A DNA stretch of 64,000 nucleotides. Source: Octopus bimaculoides (lineage: Eukaryota). Location: NCBI RefSeq assembly GCF_001194135.2, contig NC_068982.1, positions 158,979,604-159,043,603 on the forward strand. Reading direction: 5' to 3'. The position numbers were made by a program, and so were the translations under genes. The notes under the pieces were generated by a model. The model searched no databases. It saw nothing but the letters and a program-made list of their open reading frames with translations, and was not told where the DNA came from. Below are positions 27,646-39,238 of this stretch, piece after piece. Within the stretch, counting starts at the first letter, position 1. Each line of letters starts with the position of its first letter.

Positions 27646-28644
27646 TCCTCTTCTCTCTCTCTTTCACTCTCACTCTTGATCTCTTTTTGACTATGAGTTG
27701 TAACTGCAGCCTGGCAGACTTTTAATAGCCATTTTATTTCAAACTATTCAATGGAGTGAATAAACTGATGAGACATTAAGTCTAGCTATCAGTTATATAT
27801 TAAATATAGTCTGTAATTTTCATGACATAAATATAAGAACAGCTGGTATAATAACTAAGTTAATGTGCAGACAGATGTCCAACTAAGTCTGCATGGTGGT
27901 GATTGAGGATTTGATCGAATAAATCAGGAACACTCGATGCCTTCAAGTGTGTACGAGATATGAATGTTACAGGTTCAAGATTTGTAATAAAATTGTTATC
28001 AAATAGGGTAAATAAATCGATAATTATAGAGTATGTCGTTCGGCATTTCCCTTCATGCATACTACTGAAATTGCTCGTAAGGCACGTGTGAAGATTCTAT
28101 AACACCTTTTACAATAAAAACAATGAGAAAACATCAACTACTTGAAATCGTGTGGTTATACTTGAAAATCAGTATATGTAATCGATGCGTTCATTCCAGA
28201 GGAAATCAACAATTTGCAGTCATAAAAATCCTCGGTCTGCCATAAACATTGATAAAAAGCTAAATGCTTAATGCATCAACATGCATCTCTATTATTAGAA
28301 AAACGTAAGTTGCACCTTACTTGCCAAGAATACGCTTACTATAACATAGACATTATACACGAATAGCGATTATCCATGTAAGTATGTATGTGTGTATGTA
28401 TGTATGTATGCAATCAGAAGGGAGGGGCACACTGAGAAATTGCGTTCACTTATATACAACTGGAAAGAAAATTTATGCGACCTGGCTTATTCTCTTCTCG
28501 TTGTAACTTCTTGTGTGATTTCTTAAATCACTAAACCGAAAGAAAAGAGATCCATATACGTGCAAAACATTTTTTGAACATATTGCCTACATGACCAAAT
28601 ACACGTGTTGAGGGGGACTATGAAATTCGATTCGTATGTGTGTG

Positions 28645-28688
<44 letters not shown>

Positions 28689-28909
28689 TGTGTGTGTGTT
28701 TGCGTGTGTGTGTGTGTGTGTGTGTGTGTCTGTGTGTCTGTGTCTGTGTGGATATTTATTTCTACTCGTGTTTTCGCGTGTGCATTTGTATAGGTATGTA
28801 TAAATATTTTTACTTATTTCCCTCAGTATATTCTACTAATCAAGGAATTATTATTAAACGTTATTTGCCTTTTCCCAAAATATCGTTATACCTGGGAGAA
28901 ATTACAATT

Positions 28910-29400
28910 ATGTGAAAGTGATTCTGACGGTCATTTTCGTCTCCGACCCAATTGCTCCAATCACGCTTGGTACCATCCGTGCTTTAATACTCCACGTTCT
29001 TTCAAAATCTCTTATCAAGTATGCATATTGTACGATTTTCTCCATTTCTTCCTCATTGATAATAAGATCAAGACAAGCTATATTGATCAACAAACATTTT
29101 ATTAGATTAATTTTCTCCACCAACATTATGCCTGTCCTTTAATACTTAAGAACATTGTCTGTCTGGATTTTAAAATCCCACAAGTGTTTCACAGCCTGAT
29201 TTTATTGGACCCTTTCTCGTTTGTGCTGATATCATATCTCTGTCGTTGAAAACACATATCTCTTGCACAAAAACCAATGTAGGTACGACCGCACTTTATA
29301 GACATGTCTTTTATATTCTCTCTGCGCAAGCGTGTCACTGGCCTTCACATGTGTTACACTTTCGAACTTTCTTTATCAAGTACATTCCTTGATTATTCTG
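28910..29400 (-). mobile_element. R4/Dong-like non-LTR retrotransposon C-terminal fragment (zinc knuckle plus restriction-like endonuclease)
   Basis: Reads ESVTHV..., LAQREYKRH, YLHWFLCKRY, LWDFKIQTD, degenerate RPD (RTGIMLVEK), LLINIA, EKIVQY and VPSVIGAIG. This is the typical RLE-LINE motif order. Confidence 0.85.
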
Positions 29401-29408
29401 GGTTATTT

Positions 29409-29441
<33 letters not shown>

Positions 29442-29825
29442 GTGATGATGATGTTATCATTGTTTTTCTTCATTTGTTGTTTTTGTTGTTGATGTTGGTG
29501 GTGGTGGTACTCTTGTTATCACTATTATGGTTATTATTATTCAGTTGTTATATTTTCAGCGCTGTGTGCCTTGGGTATGTGCTATGGTTTGTTTTAGTGT
29601 TCTTAGCTTAACTCTGTTAAAATTGCTTTACGTAGGATGTTTGCGGTGCCTAGTCGTGCTATTTTCTGAATGCTTTAAGTATTTGTAAGTCGTGGTTAAT
29701 GTCAAGTAACAGACAAACATATCTGCAGTAGAATACTTGCGGTAGCCCATATTGTAAACTAAACCAAATCATGTAAATAGTTTCGCTTGGTCTAAATATA
29801 AATATAGTTCCTATACTTTTTTGTC

Positions 29826-29998
29826 TTTTACTTGAATCAGCCAGTTGATTGCCGCCGTAATAGAGCACTGCAAATCGACTCCAGGACTTTTTCTTTGTAA
29901 GCCTAGTACTTATTATATCGGCCTCTTATGCTGAACCGCTAAGTAAACACACCAGCATTGGTTCCCAAGCGATGTTGGGGAGACAAATACAGACACAG
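29826..29998 (-). mobile_element. CORE-like SINE family A, 3' half
   Basis: CTTTGTAAGCCTAGTACTTATT...GAACCGCTAAG...CAAGCGATGTTGGGG matches the 4.8-kb copy. Confidence 0.85.
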
Positions 29999-30194
29999 AA
30001 GATGAATTTCTGTACCTATATACTCTATATGATTAAGCAACAGTGAATCAGCGAATTTGTAATAAGTAACAAATAATCCAACTCATTTACAGTGATATCG
30101 GAGATTTCTCAATAATGTTCAATCCATTTAAGTATATATATATTGAACGAAGGGACGCTACAAAGCGGTCTCTGTTTCAAATGCAACTAAATCT

Positions 30195-30232
<38 letters not shown>

Positions 30233-31533
30233 NNNNNNNNNNNNNNNNNNNNNNNNNNNNNNNNNNNNNNNNNNNNNNNNNNNNNNNNNNNNNNNNNNNN
30301 NNNNNNNNNNNNNNNNNNNNNNNNNNNNNNNNNNNNNNNNNNNNNNNNNNNNNNNNNNNNNNNNNNNNNNNNNNNNNNNNNNNNNNNNNNNNNNNNNNNN
30401 NNNNNNNNNNNNNNNNNNNNNNNNNNNNNNNNNNNNNNNNNNNNNNNNNNATATATATATATATATATAAAACTACAAAAATAATCTTTAAAAAACTAGC
30501 CTCTATTTCTCTGTTTCTCTTGAACTTCTAACGCTGAAAGGAAAATACCTGTAATGAATGAAGTTGCAACAATAATGTCTCCAGAATATATGGAAATGTG
30601 TCATGTTTCAGATACCGTATTGTTCAATGTCCTGTAAAGCAACACCAAATGAGGAAATTTTATGTCTGTCAGAATAGCAATGGTGAAGAGATAAAATCCA
30701 CAGCCTAATATTTCCTGTTCCATGCGGTTCTTCTTTCATAGAGTTGCATACTTAACAATCGAATATTTGAGTAGAAAAGAAAAGCAGACAACGAAGAAAA
30801 CATACAATGTATCAGTAGTCTGGCTTATATATTAAAAATTGTGTTATGCCTGATCTCACGCATTCTTTAATACCATCAACGATTTATAAATCTAAAATAA
30901 GATATATAGCATTGAATATTTCAACCAATAATATAACACACATTGGGTATTTACATGATAATAAATAAACAGATTTTTCGGTGTTGCAGCTAGTCTGCAA
31001 AACTGTGTATTCAATCATGTAAATATTTATCCAGATTACATACCATGTAACAAATGATAATATTGTTACCCAACTTTTAGGATACAGATAGATAATAAGA
31101 AGAATCGATACGAGATATTGTTTCCAGTATACATCAAGCATAATATTCACTGAGAAACTCTTCTTTGCATGGCAGCAAATTGAACACACCTAATGTAAAA
31201 TGATGACAGTTCATTTTGAAGTTCATACAAATGTTCCTAGTGTTCAATACACAAACTATGTAACATATTTTACAAAAGCTGATATATTGATCAACAGCTG
31301 GTAAATTACGCAAGAAAAGGGTACATTGAGGAGGGAATTACTTCGGTATAATAACGAGAGCTTTGTGACAAAAGACATGTGGTTGTTTATTTTCTGGGCA
31401 TTCTGTAAACTTAAACAGTAAAAGAAAAACATATGAAATGTAAAAAGAGCGTGAGACACATCAGCAGAAGACGTGCATGTAGAATCCAGCACGCACACAC
31501 ACACGCACACACACGCGCACACACATACATACA

Positions 31534-31564
<31 letters not shown>

Positions 31565-31864
31565 TTACATACAGGCACTCACGTGAGAATATATATGCAG
31601 ATTCACAAACAAACACGCAAACACACGATTTCGTGCATACTCATATATAGGGACATATTAAGCTTATGATTTGTAATTCATTTGGGGGATTATGAGTAAA
31701 CAAAGCAAACTACGTGACCCAAGGAAGTGCTTTGGAGTATTCCCTGAAGTATTGGAAGTTCTATTTCACTGCTCTAGATTTCAGACTAGAGCTTCACACA
31801 CATGCCAGTCATAATCTTGTGGATTACGAACGTGACAGTGGTGCAACAACAAATAAACACTATA

Positions 31865-31928
<64 letters not shown>

Positions 31929-31932
31929 CATT

Positions 31933-32306
31933 CAGGAGTGGATGTGTGGTAAGAAGCTTGCTTCCCATCCACATGCTACTGGGTTCAGTCCCACTGTGTG
32001 GCACCTTCCCCAAGTGTCGTCTTCTATAGCCTCGGGCCAACCAAAGCCTTGTGAGTGTATTTGGTAGACGGAAACTGAAAGAAGCTCGTCGTATGTGTGT
32101 GTGTGTGTGTGTGTGTGTGTCTGTGCGTGTGTGTGTATGTGTTTGTGTGTCTGCGTTCGTTTCCCAACTTCGCTTGACAACCGATCTTGTTGTCTTTACG
32201 TTCTAGTGACTTAGTGATTCGGCACAATATACGGATAGAATAACTACTAGGTGGTGCTTTAGTATGGCCGCAGTCAAAATGTCTGATACAAGTAAAAGAA
32301 TAAAAG
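31933..32306 (+). mobile_element. CORE-like SINE family A, near full length
   Basis: Head GGAGTGGATGTGTGGTAAG, B-box GGTTCAGTCCC, internal (GT)n and tail GGTGGTGCTTTAGTATGGCCGCAGTC...AGTAAAAGAATAAAAG. Confidence 0.9.
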
Positions 32307-32544
32307 AAAAAATGTGTGTGTCTGTGTGTGTACGTATGCATATTCGTATTAGATTTTTTTTATCTCGTGGGACGATAAATCTGAAGGAAAAAAACAAATA
32401 TGTTGTCTTCCTTTTACTTTCTCAGTTTTGAGTTTCACTATAAAATATATGCATTGAATTCTGAAGATTAAGGTTAATAGAATATTTTTACTGAAATTAT
32501 GTAGCGGAAAAACTAAACAAAAAAACTCATAACCAAATAGTAAC

Positions 32545-32562
32545 AACAACGACAACAACAAC

Positions 32563-32631
<69 letters not shown>

Positions 32632-32646
32632 TATAATAATAATAAT
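32545..32646. repeat. Compound (AAC)n-(AAT)n microsatellite
   Basis: Directly visible. Confidence 0.95.
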
Positions 32647-33197
32647 TTTGAGTATATAATATATTAAGAGATAATCTAAACTTACTCTTCTATTTTCTGT
32701 TTGAATGCCAGCTAAGATAGTCTATGACATGAGTGTAATTGAATGAGGAATTACGTAAGATCTTACTAGAAATGCAAATTATATACATACTGCTTTGTAT
32801 ATTTCTCTTTGAAGTTAAACGTGCAGTTAAAATAAGATAAATATTTGCAAAAATGCATTTAATAATTGTTATCTACAATTTCTTTTTCTTCTTATTTTTT
32901 TTTTATAACGAATTAACATTTTTCTCGTTTCAATTCATTTATGAACTATTTCAATATTTGTATTCTTAATATGATTTATTTCCATTTCTAGCGATACAAA
33001 AATTATAAGTAGGGCTAATAAAAAAAAAGAAATATTTGCATTATATGAAGTGTGTCGGAGATGGATTACTTGGCTGACTGTCGGATGCCATCAGTTTTAT
33101 TTTCTTCCCATGAATAGTATGTACAGGATTTCATAATCTTAATGTTCACGTGTGTGTGTGTGTGTACATACACACACATAAATACGTATATAAGCAC

Positions 33198-33237
<40 letters not shown>

Positions 33238-35144
33238 ATATATATATACTTATACATATATACGCATATATATACGCATATATATATGCATGTATATATA
33301 TATATTTATTTACTCACACACACACACACACACACACATAAATATACATGCATGTGTGTATGTGTGTGTGTGTGAATGTGAGGTTGTTTGTGTTTGGATA
33401 TCAGTGTCCTTGTATGTGTGTGTCTGTGTAACTTAAACAAATAAGATGATGTCAGCGAAATAGCTAGTAACATGTATTAGAAACTCCTAGACACATACAG
33501 GTATATCAAATACCATACAAAATATATTTGATGGTTTATTAAAATTGCATTTTATATATATTCGTAACTCCGCTGTTCTGATTATGAATTCGTATATGTA
33601 TGAAAATTGTCAAAAACAATTAATAGCAACTCCACATGTGAATATATCGAGATATAAAAATTCGCCACATTTACACGTATTTCAGGAAAAGGACAGGTTT
33701 ATTATAGACAAAGACAAATACAAGTATATGACGCACCATGCAACATAAATACTTGTGTTAGTACGATTATATCCGTCTGCACCATAATTACGAAATGGCA
33801 ATTAAGAGTAGCTTCACGTGAAAACGGAAATAATCTCAAGATTCAAATATTCTTCTATGCTGTGATGCTATTAAGGAAAAGGACTGGCTTAACGTCGGAG
33901 ACACGTATATTTCCTTCAATAACCGTCAACATGATAAACATATGATTCTCACACACACGCGTCAAAAGAATATATATAATGCATTTATGAAATGACTCGA
34001 CACAAATCGTAACAATGTCTTTATAAGTCATTATTAGACGAACGTAGTGTTTGAGCTGATGGTAATTTGCTTGCGTTTTTTTCATATGATCTGTCAAATA
34101 TTTACAGAAAGAACACTCATTTTATTGAATTTCAGTTTACGTATTTGTTTTACATCAAAACACTTCAAAATGTAGATAATCGTGGCTTCGTCACTCTGGA
34201 AGAAAATGTTCAATCAATTTATATTTTGTGTTTTTCCTGTGGGTGAGTTTTACGGACTGTGCAAGAAATTGTAAGTGTATTTTTGTTAAGTGTTTACTTA
34301 CAAGTATAACTACGAAGTTAATGACGATGATGAGTGATTTATTTGATGAAAAACTGGAATATTATACTTGCTACAGCCTTGTTGAAGGACATTCTTACAC
34401 ATGTGGTGTGCTTCGTATTCTTGCTTTTTTTAGTTGTTTTTTCTCCTTTCAGGCTATGAGCTGTTTCTTATAACATATTTCACCAAGCTCTAAAGTATTA
34501 TTTTGTATTTTTTGAGAATATTGAGGTGAATTCGGGAATGCTGTGCTTTATATTTCGAGGCATTTTCATCTAGCAGGCATGTAATTAAGTGAGCTGCTTT
34601 CTTTATAAGGGAAACACATCGAGTTATTTAAATTAAATTGTAATGTTACAGAAATTTTATACAGTGATGCTATATTTGGGAGTAATTATCCTATGGTATT
34701 ATTTGAAAAAAGGATAATGTCTCCTTCGTTCAATCAATTTGTTGAAGGCTGGATTTCTCCAAATTTAATAACACTTTAAATGGCAAAGACCTATTTGCAC
34801 CTGGTGTATATTTTCTCTTTCGTGATATTTAATAGATTTTAAACATAAAAAAAATGTGTGATCTCCGCTGAATCGTAAATATCTACTGATGGATGTGCTT
34901 GAGGATTTTTAAAATCGTAAATTTGTTCTCATATCACGTATTCTAAAACTGATTTCCTGACACGCATTAACATTTCCATTTCATTCTTGCATGTAATTGA
35001 TGCAGCAAAATACACTGAATCCTTGAATAAATTGTCAATAAACGATTGGTAATATGTCTAAAAAGCGAACTATGGAAACAAGTTTATATTTTCATATATT
35101 TAAATCATGAGAAATATATAAATCTGAACCTTGTTAGCTATATA

Positions 35145-35803
35145 CGAGAGTAAGTCAAAGTTTATCTGCATTTTCACCACAACCTTTATTGCCACACTGC
35201 CTTCTGTGCATGCGTGTCTATAGTTGCTACTATTGTGGTCACGTGATCGAAGTTTGAGCCTGATCGCGCCACTTTTCTTTCTGGCTTTACAGTGTAAGCT
35301 TAGCCGCTCCTCTAGCAATGTGCACCAAAGTGGAACAAAGTGCAGTGATCCGATTTCTCTGGTCGGAAAGTGTATCAAGTGCTGAAATACATCGGAGTCT
35401 TATAGCATTATACGGGGCCAGTGCATTGCCGCTTAGATGTGTGTATGAGTGGATCGAGATGTTTAAAAGTGGTCGGACAAGCGTGATGCACGAAGAGGGA
35501 GCAGGATACCCGTCAAGCTCCAGCACTGACAGGAAGATTCAGCAGACTCGATGGGTGGTAATAGTGAAACGTTTCATTATTACCATCTCGTCGATCACTG
35601 CTCTTTGTACTTCTTTGGTGCACATTGCTAGTGGAGCGACCATGCTTACATTGTAAAGCCTAAAAGAATAATGGAGTAATCAGTCTCAAACCGATCGCCT
35701 GACCACAATTGTACCAGCTATAAACACGCATGCCTAGAAGGCAGTGTGACAATAATAAAGATAGGTTATGGCGAGAGTGCAGATACTTTTTTACTCCCCC
35801 TCG
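35145..35803 (+). mobile_element. Mariner-derived non-autonomous element made of two inverted 5' ends (arms of about 210 bp)
   Basis: Arm 35145-35352 is an imperfect reverse complement of 35592-35803. Both arms contain the start ATGTGCACCAAAG. ORF 35318..35656 encodes a mariner N-terminal HTH (EQSAVIRFLW...VYEWIEMFKSGRTSV). Confidence 0.85.
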
Positions 35804-37289
35804 TGAATCTGAAATGATTATTGATAAACCTATACTACGAATGACACATTATTTCACGTTTACTGACCATATTGTATATTTGCACACAATTCATTAATCT
35901 TACTTGGTAAAATAAGCACAAGCATACACTACATAATAATGCTGCAACTCAAATTAATTTACCACTACTTGTATGGAGTAAGACACAAAGTAGTGGCATT
36001 TGTGCATGCGTATGTGTATGCATGTGTGAACGAGTGTGTTGTGTTTGTTGTGTGTATTTGTGTGTTTGTGTGTGTGCGTGCATTTGTGTGCACAAAGAGG
36101 ATTAGCGAATGATAGTTGTGTATTTCATCGATGTGGAATGTGGTGTGTTAATTTCACTTGAAACGGGTATAAACCCTCATTTCAAAGAAGTAAAACTTTC
36201 TATTAAAATATTTATGGCTTTTCTCGAATAATTGTTGTTTCCACATAGTTTCTTATTAGAAATATTAATTTTCTTTACATTATGTTATTGATAATCCTTG
36301 TTTAGTCTGTCAGCGGAGCTCCGTAATGGTCGTAAAAATCTTTTGATAAATGTTGAATGGATGTTTGTATGATATCTCAGAGGAAATTGAAATCATTTCT
36401 GCCGCTTTATATTTTCTCTTTCATGGGAGCGTTCTTTGTAACCTAAGCAGTTTCGGGGTGATAAGTAAATAATGAATTATGAGAAGTAAGCAATTGTCCG
36501 GCGAAAACGATTTATATTCATATATTTGTAGGATTTTGACAATTTATAGTCCAATATTTCGACTGGAAAACATTGTCTGCATGATATTTATAGTTGAGCG
36601 CTTAAATTAAATATTGTGAAATATTTCTTCAGTTTTGTAGGTAGATTCCAAACTGGTGTGATTCAAACTCATGGTTTATTACTTTGGTTATAAATTCTAA
36701 TATCTGAAAATATATTTGTCGTGTGGATTTCGCTGCTATTTAACCACAATAGTATTTCCACTCATAGCTACCTTAATATTTTCCAGAAAACATTAAACTG
36801 AATAACTACATTGTTAAAGACTAGAGTCATATTTGTGGTGAATCGGTTGATTTTCAAAGCGGCTCACATAACAAAATATGAAGCTCAGAGCTCAATATGA
36901 ACCCATATTATAAATAAAGTACTTATCTCATCTAATGAAAGATGTAAGCCAGAATAAAATAGAAAGCACACAATAATATAAATAAAAATTATAGATTCAC
37001 CTCCCCTTAACTGCAAAATCAATGAGTGAAAAATTATCTCCCCCTGCAATATTTGTTTTCCCTAGCAATTTATCTCTTTCAAGTCTAAGTTTGATGAGCA
37101 ATGCGAAACCGGTCATTACTTCAATTATGTTGAAAGAACAAAACCTTATTTTGTACAAAATTGTATATCTTTCTTATCATGGCTCTAAGATACTCTTAAA
37201 TCCTGTATGACAAATCTTCTGTGCTTTTTCATCTTCTCTCTCTGTATATATATATATTTGAAGGTTTGGAGGTGATTTACAGAAACTAT

Positions 37290-37482
37290 TATAGAAAAAA
37301 AATTAAGGTACTCAGAAATCTGGATGTTTGTACATTTACAGATTTTTATTAATGTCACATTAAATAAAGCGCTTTTCACCTGGTCGACCAGGTGAAAAGC
37401 GCTTTATTTAATATGTGACATTAATAAAAATCTGTAAATGTACAAACATCCAGATTTCTGAGTACCTTAATTTTTTTCTATA
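37290..37482. repeat. Spacerless palindrome with arms of about 96 bp, centred on TGGTC|GACCA (37385/37386)
   Basis: The arms are exact reverse complements apart from a 2-bp AT insertion and a 1-bp homopolymer difference. Confidence 0.95.
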
Positions 37483-37501
37483 TATATATATATATACATG
37501 T

Positions 37502-37561
<60 letters not shown>

Positions 37562-37689
37562 ATACAAATATATAGATAAAACAGCTAGGGCTCGATATAC
37601 AATATGTATACATGTAAATATGGAAGAGTCAGACGATGAATATTCAAGTATAAATATATAGATATTGATATATCAATAGAGCAAGCTTA

Positions 37690-38093
37690 CAGAGTGCGGG
37701 GACACAAAAAAGAAAGGGAACAAATTATGTTGTAACAAGTCCGACACCATTTTCTGGGGTCTCGGAGTTACTTCTTAATGTTGACAGATGTAACGCAAGA
37801 GAATATGCAACTATTCATGGAAACAAATAGACGTTTGATAAATCCGATCTCCGTATTCAGGGTGCGGAGATAAAAATCTAACTACTCTGAAGAGATAAAA
37901 ATATCGGAGACCGAATTTATCCAACGAATTTATCCAACGAATTTATCCAACGTTTATTTGCTTCCATTCCTGGTTGCATATCCTGGTGAACTATATCTGC
38001 CACCATCATAAAGTAACTCCGAGTCCCCAGAAGCAGCTGTCGGAGATGAAACAACATACCTTCTTCCCTTTCTTGTTCTGTCTTTGTGCTCTG
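37690..38093. mobile_element. MITE-like element of 404 bp with imperfect TIRs of about 85 bp and an internal 13-bp x3 tandem repeat
   Basis: TCCGACACCATTTTCTGGGGTCTCGGAGTTACTT pairs with AAGTAACTCCGAGTCCCCAGAAGCAGCTGTCGGA. TA on the left flank. CGAATTTATCCAA x3 at 37912-37950. Confidence 0.75.
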
Positions 38094-38416
38094 TGTTAGT
38101 TTCCTTATCTAATATATAAATATTTATGTATTAAACTTGAATATCCATTGTCTGAAAATGTTCATTCTTTTTTATCTCTCTATTTACATGTATAAATGCA
38201 TATATATTTTGTTTATTAAACCTAAGCAATCTTAATTGTGTGTATGCATCACTATCTCCACATCCGGTCACCTGAATTCCTCTTTTAGCCACGCTTTGCC
38301 TCGCAGACTTGGTCGTTGCTAAATGTTTCGGGTTGAAAGTTTAAATCATTTGAGCGCTACTGAGTGCTTTCTATATTGAGAATCGCTGGATCTCATCTGT
38401 GGACTCTCTTTCATAT

Positions 38417-38471
<55 letters not shown>

Positions 38472-38547
38472 TACATATATACATATATACATATATACAT
38501 ATATACATATATACATACATACACACACACGCACGCACACACATATA

Positions 38548-38653
38548 TAGGGTGTCCACAATAAAATCATAGCATAGACAATTATATATAACAAATAATA
38601 ATTTCTTAAAATAAATGATAATCCCCATGTACCCAGACTTTGTGGACACCCTG
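38548..38653. mobile_element. Miniature Tc1/mariner-type MITE (106 bp)
   Basis: TA|TAGGGTGTCCACAA ... TTGTGGACACCCTG|TA: 14-bp TIRs with TA flanks. Confidence 0.8.
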
Positions 38654-38682
38654 TATATATACATACATATATTTAGTTGTAG

Positions 38683-38850
38683 CTGGGTGCAGAATTCCCT
38701 ATGGGTTAAGAAGTTTATATCCCGACCACAAACTTTCGGATTCAGTCCCACTCCGTTCGACCATGGGCAAGTGTCTTATACTATACCCTCAAGACAACCA
38801 GAGCCATGCAAGTGATTTGTGTTGAGGATACTGAAAGAAACCTACGGTAT
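38683..38850 (+). mobile_element. Degenerate CORE-like SINE family A, 5' half
   Basis: GGATTCAGTCCCACT...CCATGGGCAAGTGTCTTATACTATA...ACTGAAAGAAACC. Confidence 0.65.
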
Positions 38851-38874
38851 ATATGTATGTATGTATGCTTGTGT

Positions 38875-38913
<39 letters not shown>

Positions 38914-39172
38914 CATATGACCCCCGACCCAAGTGTATATCAATATTAGCCATAAAACAATATTCAGTCAGCTGAGATGATTCGAAAACACAACACCTAA
39001 TAACCTAATGTTATATCTTTTTTCTACCCCTCTGATGAACTTTTACCTACTATAATGATTTAATATTTGCTATTTTAGTCTTTAGGCTTAACTGAAACAT
39101 CTATAAGAGAATATGTTCGATTTTTGCAGATAATAATTTTTTCTTAAATACTGTCTCCATTTTCTAAATTTG

Positions 39173-39238
<66 letters not shown>

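Noticed and set aside
27765-27790. Other CTGATGA occurrences (26.6, 27.8, 39.0, 39.4 and 53.6 kb) as hammerheads
   Set aside because: None combines a paired stem II, GAAA, stem III and NUH.
27860-28060. NNFITNLEPVTF resembling a leucine-rich repeat
   Set aside because: A single partial match with no repeat periodicity or splice support.
30560-30642. Minus-strand AG/GT pairs suggesting an exon
   Set aside because: All three frames hit stops before a good donor.
30884-31189. Hydrophobic 101-aa minus ORF suggesting a GPCR fragment
   Set aside because: No rhodopsin-family motifs (GN, LAxxD, DRY, NPxxY) in a consistent frame; T-rich bias explains the hydrophobicity.
31933-32010. tRNA-like A and B boxes here and in other copies
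   Set aside because: These are SINE heads followed by SINE body, with no cloverleaf or anticodon arm, so they were not called tRNA genes.
37912-37950. Three exact 13-bp repeats, and the spaced SINE-B copies at 52 and 58 kb, as CRISPR-like arrays
   Set aside because: No unique spacers of constant length, no cas genes, and a eukaryotic context.
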